The translations under genes and the position numbers were made by a program. From Octopus sinensis (taxonomy: Eukaryota): DNA of 5,489 nt. Each line of letters opens with the position of its first letter. Positions within the stretch are counted from its first letter, which is position 1. The notes below the pieces were generated by a model that worked only from the letters and a program-made list of their open reading frames with translations, did no database searches and was not told the origin of the DNA. Location of the stretch: assembly GCF_006345805.1 (NCBI RefSeq), contig NW_021830075.1, positions 1 to 5,489 of the forward strand, in the 5' to 3' direction. Shown one piece after another: positions 1-5,489 of the stretch.

Positions 1-144
1 TCACATATGTGTATGGGAGAAGCGGAAGTCTCCATGGGTGCCTGGGGACTGAATGTCGATGTGGGTGAAGATTACAAGGAAAATTTCTAATCCCAATTCT
101 GAGAAGAAAAGAGAGTAACAGACAAATGGATGGATGGATGGCTG

Positions 145-960
145 TGAGATTTGGCTGTTATTTCTTGCAGCAGGTCTACTGTACATTAAGCATTGATACG
201 TTATATATTTAGATCTTGTTTTTTCTCTCATTCTTTCTCTCGTTTCTCTCGTCTGTGTCCGTCTTTGCATATATTTTTGCTAAACTCTTGCTGTTGTTTC
301 TAGCATATGAAGTTGCAGTTTCATGGACTTTTGTATTGGATTTGTGTCGTGTTGACAAATAGGTGTACATTTATAACTGCAATTAATTTCAGAAGAACAG
401 TAGATTGGAGGGGCATTTAGCTGCTATTTCAAACAACTCTAGCTATCATGTACACTTCACTTTCATCACCTAATATAAATATGTATGGAGTTAGAAGAGA
501 CGGTATGATGTTGTTTCAACGTAGATTTGGCTGCTATATCTAGCAGCTCTGGCATTCGTTGCATTTTACACATGATTAATTTAATTTTCTCATTAAATTA
601 ACTTAATTTGCATTTAAGTATTACAGTGAAATTAATACAACAACCAAAACTAGTTACAAACACACACTTACATATGCTAGAAACAGCAGCTATATAGAAG
701 TATTTCATGTTTCTTTTTACACAGTTTCCTTTCCAAAACGTGTGTCTACGTAAAGTTTGTGCTTCAGTAGAAGAGACTGAGTGAATATGTATAGGGGATG
801 GGGGCGGTTTTCTGAAATAAAATCTGTGAGACTGGTGCCCCTAAATCAGCATAAGCAACAAGAGTATGGATGTATTCGGCAGAGGAGGAATGGAAGCCAC
901 ATTTAGGAGCATATCTTTGCATCGTTTAGGAGTGTGTGAGGGAAGACGACTGGAACAAAC
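145..960. repeat. Copy A of a locally duplicated ~0.8-0.9 kb non-coding segment
   Basis: Colinear blocks shared with 1998-2910, e.g. gcatatatttttgct..cttgctgttgtttctagcata, tgacaaataggtgta, agattggaggg.cattt.gctgctatttcaa, ttttctgaaataaaatc, actggtgcccc, tcggcagagga.ggaatggaa, tcgtttagga.tgtgtg.gggaagac. Many substitutions and indels lie between the blocks. Ends are approximate. Confidence 0.85.
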
Positions 961-1046
961 GAATGAATTGATATCTATGTATATACATTTGTACTTATAT
1001 ATTATAATCTCTCCCTCCATCTAACTATACAACATGCATTCCATAC

Positions 1047-1257
1047 AGGTGTGGCTGTGTGGTAAGAAGCTTGTTTCCCAACCACACACTCGGGTTCAGT
1101 CCCACTTATGACAACTTGGACAAGTGTCTTCTACTACAGCATCTGGCCAACCAAAGCCTTGTGGGTAGAATTTGGTTGGCGGAAACTAAAGAAGCCCATC
1201 GTATATTATACAACATACATACTATATATATATATATATATTATGTAATATATATAC
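1047..1257 (+). mobile_element. tRNA-derived SINE (octopus-type), 5' half plus internal (TA)n tract
   Basis: Pol III A-box-like TGGCTGTGTGG (1052-1062) and B-box-like GGTTCAGTCCC (1093-1103). Body caagtgtctt..ccaaagccttgtg..ggaaactaaagaagcccatc is homologous to 2950-3098. (TA)n follows. Confidence 0.8.
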
Positions 1258-1265
1258 AGAGAGAG

Positions 1266-1483
1266 AGGTGAGCTGGCTGGCAAATTGTTAGTGCACGGAC
1301 AAAGTACGTAGCGGTGTTTCACTGTCACTATATTCTGAGTTCAAATTTCATCAGGGTCAACTTTGCCTTTCAACCTTTCAGGGTCAATAAATGAAGTACC
1401 AGTGAAACATTGGAGTCGATGTTATCACTCGCCTCGCCCCCCCCACACAAACTTTCAGGCCTCGTACCTATAGTACAACAGAT
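1266..1483 (+). mobile_element. Second tRNA-derived SINE family copy, nested in the microsatellite of the first SINE
   Basis: Head ggtgagctggc, B-box-like GAGTTCAAAT (1337-1346), core tcaactttgcctttc..cctttc.gggtc.ataaat.aagtaccagt. I recall this core as an abundant Octopus SINE. Flanked on both sides by TA-rich microsatellite. Confidence 0.7.
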
Positions 1484-1770
1484 ATATATATATATATGTG
1501 TGAGTGTATACTCTGTGGTGTGTATATATATATATTAATAATATAATATATATATTCATGTGTGTATATCTGAACCCCACCCCACATAACCATCACTTGA
1601 CAACCTATGTTGGTCTGTTTACAACCCTTTAAGTTAGTTTGGCAAAAGAGACTGATAGAATAAGTCCTAGGCTTACGAAGAATAATCCTGGGGTCGATTT
1701 GTTTGACTAAAACCCTTTAAGGCAGTGCTCCAGCATGGCCGCAGTCAAATAACTGAAACAAGTAAAAGAA
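1484..1770 (+). mobile_element. 3' half of the SINE that begins at 1047 (microsatellite remainder plus tail)
   Basis: tgacaacc..tgttggtctgttta..aaaagagactgatagaataagt..gatttgtttgac..gtgctccagca.ggcc.cagt.aaataactgaaacaa is homologous to 5160-5330. That 5' and 3' parts belong to one element rests on recalled family structure and on the same order occurring twice in this window. Confidence 0.7.
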
Positions 1771-1795
1771 ACAAGAAATGTAATGTATTTAGATG

Positions 1796-1977
1796 CAGGG
1801 TTTCCCACCCAGGGGTGCACACACGCTTGGGGGTGCGAGCAGGGCTGGATTTTTATGGGGTCAAAGTCGGCAATTGCTCCGGGCACTTTATTCTTATATA
1901 ACTATTACTTTAAGGGGTGTGAGAACATATTAAAGGTTTTTAAGGGTGCAGGGCATAAAAAAGGTTGGGAACCCCTT
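1796..1977. mobile_element. Short non-autonomous DNA transposon (hAT-like MITE), degraded
   Basis: Left end cagggtttcccacc (1796-1809) and right end ggttgggaacccct (1963-1976) form an imperfect ~14 bp TIR of the CAGGGGTTCCCAACC type. About 180 bp, no ORF. An 8-bp TSD is only partly visible (tagat on both sides). Confidence 0.65.
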
Positions 1978-1997
1978 CGATAGATAAACAGACAGAT

Positions 1998-2910
1998 GTG
2001 AGATTTGGCTGCTATTTCTAGCAGTAACTCTGGCATCCATTAAGCATGAAACATTCTATATTTTAATGTCTTTTCTTCTGCCTCCCTCTCAGTATTTTCT
2101 GTATCCTTCTTCGCATATATTTTTGCTCAAGTCTTGCTGTTGTTTCTAGCATAGGAAACGTCTCAGTTTAATGGACCCTTTGTAGTTGTCTTGTTTTGCG
2201 TGACAAATAGGTGTAGAATTTATAGACTGAAGTTAATTTCAGAACTACAGCAGATTGGAGGGACATTTGGCTGCTATTTCAAGTCAACAAATCTAGCTAT
2301 CATTTTCATTGGCTTCAATTTTTATCGGCTCATATATAAATATGGATGGAGTTACGTGAGGCAGTATGATGCTGTTTCGACGTAGATTTGGCTGCTATTT
2401 CTAGCAGCCCTTGCTTTCATTTACTTCTTATACATCATGATTTTCGTTTTCTTTTCTAAATTAGACTTCATTTTCCATTTAATTATTCCAATAAATTAAT
2501 ACAAAACTGGAAAACCATATAAGACAAATAGATAGATAGACAGCTGTGATTCAGTGAGTTTTGACTGCTATTTCTAGCAGCAAGTCTATAAAATAGTTAC
2601 AAATGCACAATTAAATACAAGTTGAAGCTAGAAACAACAGTTAAAGGAATGTATCACATATTTTTTTTAAAAGTCTCCTTTCCAAAGCTTTGTGCCTAGG
2701 TTTAGTTTGATGTTTGAGTAGAAGGGACGGAGGGAATATGTTTGGGGTCGATTTTCTGAAATAAAATCCTTGAGACGACTGGTGCCCCAGAATTGACAGA
2801 AACAACAAGACAACGAGTAAAATCGGCAGAGGAAGGAATGGAACCAACATGTTGGAGTTACCTTGGTGTCGTTTAGGAATGTGTGTGGGAAGACAATCGG
2901 GAAGAAACGA
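1998..2910. repeat. Copy B of the duplicated segment, with an extra ~65 bp insert at ~2523-2586
   Basis: Same conserved blocks in the same order as 145-960. Preceded, like A, by a GATA/GACA-type tetranucleotide tract. Confidence 0.85.
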
Positions 2911-2949
2911 GTCGACACAGGTACCAGTAATGCAAACTGGCATCGGCCA

Positions 2950-3127
2950 GGCTCTGTCATAAGAAGTTTGCTTCCCAACCACATTTTCCAGGTTCAATCC
3001 TACTGTGTGGTACCTTAGGCAAGTGTCTTTTAAATGACCCTTAAGCCAACCAAGCCTTGTGAGTGGATCTGCTAGATGGAAACTGAAAGAAACCCATCAT
3101 ATATGTATGTATGTGTATGTATATATA

Positions 3128-3167
<40 letters not shown>

Positions 3168-3196
3168 TACATATACATATACATATATATATATAT
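2950..3196 (+). mobile_element. Second copy of the tRNA-SINE, 5' half plus (TA/CATA)n tract
   Basis: taagaagtttgcttcccaaccaca, B-box-like GGTTCAATCC (2991-3000), caagtgtctt, ccaagccttgtgagtggat, ggaaactgaaagaaacccatc. Aligns to 1055-1200. A-box is eroded. Confidence 0.8.
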
Positions 3197-4833
3197 AAAT
3201 CAAACCAAATCAAAATAGATGAAACATCAATGGAATTTGTATCTTTGTGGTACCAGTACCGGTGGCACACAAGAAAACCATCCGAACGTGGCCGTAGCCA
3301 GTACCGCATCGACTGGCCTCCGTGCTGTGGGGCACAACAATACCATCCGATCGTGGACGTTCGCCAGCCTCATCTGGCACCTGTGTCGGGGGCACATAAA
3401 AACACCATCCGAAGACCCGGCGACGTAGTCAGTCCACCTGTGCATCCCTTCCTTCTTATGAACTTTTGAAGACCTTTTGAGGCAAGTGTGTGACACTTGT
3501 GACCTGTTGAGGCAGAGGCAGTGGTGACTTGTGAAGACCTGTGAGGCAGAGGCAAGTGTGTGACACTTGTGAAGACCTGTTGAGGCAAGTGAAAATCAAA
3601 CCAAATCAAAATAGATGAACATCAATGGAATTTGTATCTTTGTGGTACCAGTACCAGGGGCACACAAGAAAACCTTCCAAACGTGGCCGTAGCCAGTACC
3701 GCATCGACTGGCCTCTGTGATGTGGGCACATAACAAACACCATCCGATCGTGGTCCCCTACCTGGGACGTAGTCAGTCCACCTGTGCATACCTTCCTTCT
3801 TGTGACACTTGTGAAGACCTGTTGAGACAAGTGAAAATCAACAAATCAAAAATCAAACAAATCAAAATAGATGACATCAGGAATCTGTATCTCTGTGGTA
3901 CCAGTGCCGGTGGCACACGAAAAGCCATCCGAACGTGGCTGTAGCCAGTACCACATCGACTGGCCTCCGTGCTGTGGGCAATAAACAAACGCCATCCATC
4001 GTGGCCGTTCGCCAGCCTCATCTGGCACCTGTCCGAAGACCGGCAAAGACTAGTCAGGCCATAGCCCGTGGCCCCTTCCTGGGACGTAGTCAGTCCACCT
4101 GTGCAACCTTCCTTCTTATGACACTTGTGAAGACCTGTTGAGGCAAGTGCTAATCAATCAAATGACACTTGTGAGACCTGTTGAGGCAAGTGATAATATA
4201 ATAATAATAATAATCATAATCATAATCAAATCAAATCAAACCAATCAAAATAGCTGACATCAATGGAATTTGTATCTTTGTGGTACCAGTGCCGGTAGCA
4301 CAACAAGAAAACCATCCGAACGTGGCTGTAGCCAGTACCACATCGACTGGCCTCCGTGCTGTGGGCACTAACAAAACACCATCCGATCGTGGCCGTTCGG
4401 CAGCCTCATCTGCACCTGTGTTGGTGGCACATAAAAACACATCCAAAACCCGGCAAGACTAGTCAGGCCATAACCCGTGGCCCCTACCTGGCGTAGTCAG
4501 TCACCCTGCATACCTTCCTTCTTATGACACTTGTGAAGACCTGTTGAGGCAAGTATGTACACTGTGAAACCTGTTAGGCAAGTGTGTGACAGTTGTGAAG
4601 ACCTGTTGAGGCAAGTGAAAATCAAACCAAATCAAAATAGATGACATCAATGGAATTGTATCTTTGTGGTACCAGTGCCAGTCGCACACAAGAATAACCA
4701 TCCGAACGTGGCCGTAGCCAGTACCGCATCGACTGGCCTCCGTGCTGTGGGCACGTACCAAACACCATCCGATCGTGCCGTTCGCCAGCCTCATCTGGCA
4801 CTTGTGTCGGTGGCACATAAAAACAACCATCCG
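3197..4833 (+). repeat. Head-to-tail tandem array of five monomers starting at ~3197, 3593, 3835, 4233 and 4619
   Basis: Each monomer restarts with aaatcaaaccaaatcaaaatagatg..catcaatggaatttgtatctttgtggtaccagt. Periods are 396, 242, 398 and 386 nt. Length differences come from internal deletions and from the copy number of a 31-33 nt sub-repeat. Confidence 0.97.
4193..4232. repeat. (ATA)n grading into (ATCATA)/(AATCA)n microsatellite at the monomer 3/4 junction
   Basis: ataatataataataataataatcataatcataatcaaatc read directly. Confidence 0.85.
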
Positions 4834-5113
4834 AGCGTTGGCCGTCTTCCCAGCTCGTCTGGCCACCTTTGTCGGTGGCACATAAAAAAACCCCTTCCGA
4901 GCGTGGCCGTTCGCCAGCCTCTTGCTGCACCTGTGTCGGTGGCACATAAAATCACCCACTACACTCTCGGAGTGGTTGGCGTTAGGAAGGGCATCCAGCT
5001 GTAGAAACACTGCCAGATCTGACTGGCCTGGTGCAGCCTTCGGGCTCCCCAGACTCCAGTTGAACCATTCAACCCATGCTAGCATGGAAAGCGGACATTA
5101 ATGAGGATGATGA
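4834..5113 (+). mobile_element. 3' end of a non-autonomous retroposon continuous with the array: two more modules, conserved tail, stem-loop and (GAT)n
   Basis: cacccactacactctcggagtggttggcgttaggaagggcatccagctgtagaaac, palindrome ccatgctagcatgg (5074-5087), end ttaatgaggatgatga. I recall this as an abundant Octopus repeat. A short simple-repeat tail is typical of non-LTR 3' ends. Confidence 0.7.
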
Positions 5114-5330
5114 TATATACATATTCATTTTGGTGTGTCTACCCTACACCACACATCACATCACCATCGTATGACAACCAATGTTGGTCTGTTTATTGTC
5201 CTTGTGACTTTGATTTGACAAAAGAGACTGATAGAATAAGTACTAAACTTACAAAGATTTGTTTGACAGAACCCCGTAAGGTGGTGCTCCAGCAGGGCCA
5301 CAGTGAAATAACTGAAACAAATAAAAGAAT
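5114..5330 (+). mobile_element. 3' half of the SINE that begins at ~2950
   Basis: Homologous to 1575-1770, with an internal deletion of the aataatcctggggtc segment. Confidence 0.75.
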
Positions 5331-5354
5331 AATAAATGTACAAGAATAAAAGAA

Positions 5355-5429
5355 TGTATATATATATATATATATATTTATATAAATAGAGAGACAAACA
5401 GACAGACAGGCAAATAGATAGACAGACAG
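5355..5429. repeat. (TA)n followed by (GACA/GATA)n microsatellites
   Basis: Read directly. Similar tetranucleotide tracts at 127-141 (GGAT), 1981-1996 and 2528-2542. Confidence 0.85.
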
Positions 5430-5489
5430 CTGTGATTCAGTGAGTTTTGCTGCTATTTCTAGCAAGTACATTTAACATTGATACATTAA
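5411..5489. repeat. Start of a probable third copy (C), truncated by the window edge
   Basis: GACA/GATA tract, then ctgtga..ttt.gctgctatttctagca, then gtacatttaacattgatacattaa, which matches gtacattaagcattgatacgtta in A (181-203). Confidence 0.6.

Noticed and set aside
1-90. Open + frame SHMCMGEAEVSMGAWGLNVDVGEDYKENF* that might be a terminal exon
   Set aside because: It is only 29 codons, has no recognisable family, and is cut by the window edge. It needs upstream sequence or RNA data.
147-547. CRISPR array interpretation of the repeat-spacer pattern
   Set aside because: The context is eukaryotic, spacers are over 100 nt and irregular, repeats are degenerate, and there are no cas genes.
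666-671. Minus-strand GTAAGT splice donor in copy A
   Set aside because: It is absent in copy B, no matching exon or acceptor is supported, and it is expected by chance.
1047-1110. Functional tRNA gene
   Set aside because: Only A/B-box remnants are present. No cloverleaf forms, and the sequence continues into SINE body.
2391-2408. Histone 3' stem-loop resemblance (6-bp stem, TTTC loop)
   Set aside because: The stem sequence does not match GGCYCT/AGRGCC and no histone ORF lies upstream.
2641-2850. Minus-strand 69-aa ORF with signal-peptide-like start (MLVPFLPLPILLVVLLFLSILG)
   Set aside because: Copy A has a TAG at the homologous codon (841-843) and a frameshift further on. The hydrophobicity is explained by T-rich composition.
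3353-3420. HDV-like look of gccagcctcatctggc...ccgaa
   Set aside because: It resembles HDV P3/L3, but there is no upstream P1 partner for ACCTGTG, no P1.1, and the loop is the wrong length.
3570-3620. Hammerhead-like CTGTTGA-GGCAAGT-GAAA (and GTGAAGA) in the sub-repeat
   Set aside because: The core needs CUGANGA, and the essential A6 is T here. There is no proper stem II and no stem III/NUH. CTGACTA on the minus strand also lacks G8 and a GAAA.
4741-4770. Pistol-like CGTGC-loop-GCACG-TAxxAAA
   Set aside because: Only the P1 and linker look similar. P2, the 6-bp pseudoknot and P3 are missing.
3059-5085. Numerous overlapping ORFs in the array on both strands
   Set aside because: They are by-products of GC-rich repeats and microsatellite. 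Frames shift between monomers, and no RT, endonuclease or other domain motifs are present.
5193-5471. Minus-strand ORF MYLLEIAAK... and other short ORFs (1-270, 1059-1271, 1783-1983, 2191-2385, 5101-5397)
   Set aside because: They are translations of the hairpin motif, SINE, MITE and microsatellites. Frames are not conserved between duplicate copies.

Overview
AT-rich, non-coding eukaryotic DNA made almost entirely of repeats. The repeat families look like those of Octopus (recognised from memory, not from a database search). I find no credible protein-coding gene. Layout: (i) two diverged ~0.8-0.9 kb copies of one segment (A ~145-960, B ~1998-2910) and the start of a third (C ~5411-5489), each carrying several copies of a CTGCTA-TTTC-TAGCAG hairpin motif; (ii) after A and after B, a tRNA-headed SINE whose internal (TA)n tract has been split by a younger insert, namely a second SINE type at 1266-1483 and a 1.9-kb element at 3197-5113; (iii) a small hAT-like MITE at 1796-1977. 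The most unusual feature is the 1.9-kb insert. It is a GC/CpG-richer head-to-tail array of five 240-400 nt monomers. Each monomer is built from repeated GCCAG/CTGGC hairpin plus H-type-pseudoknot-like modules and a variable-copy 31-33 nt hairpin. The array runs into a retroposon-like 3' end with a palindromic stem-loop and a (GAT)n tail. It is a candidate structured-RNA or monomer-array retroposon. It does not match hammerhead, HDV, twister or pistol consensus, and any function is untested inference.
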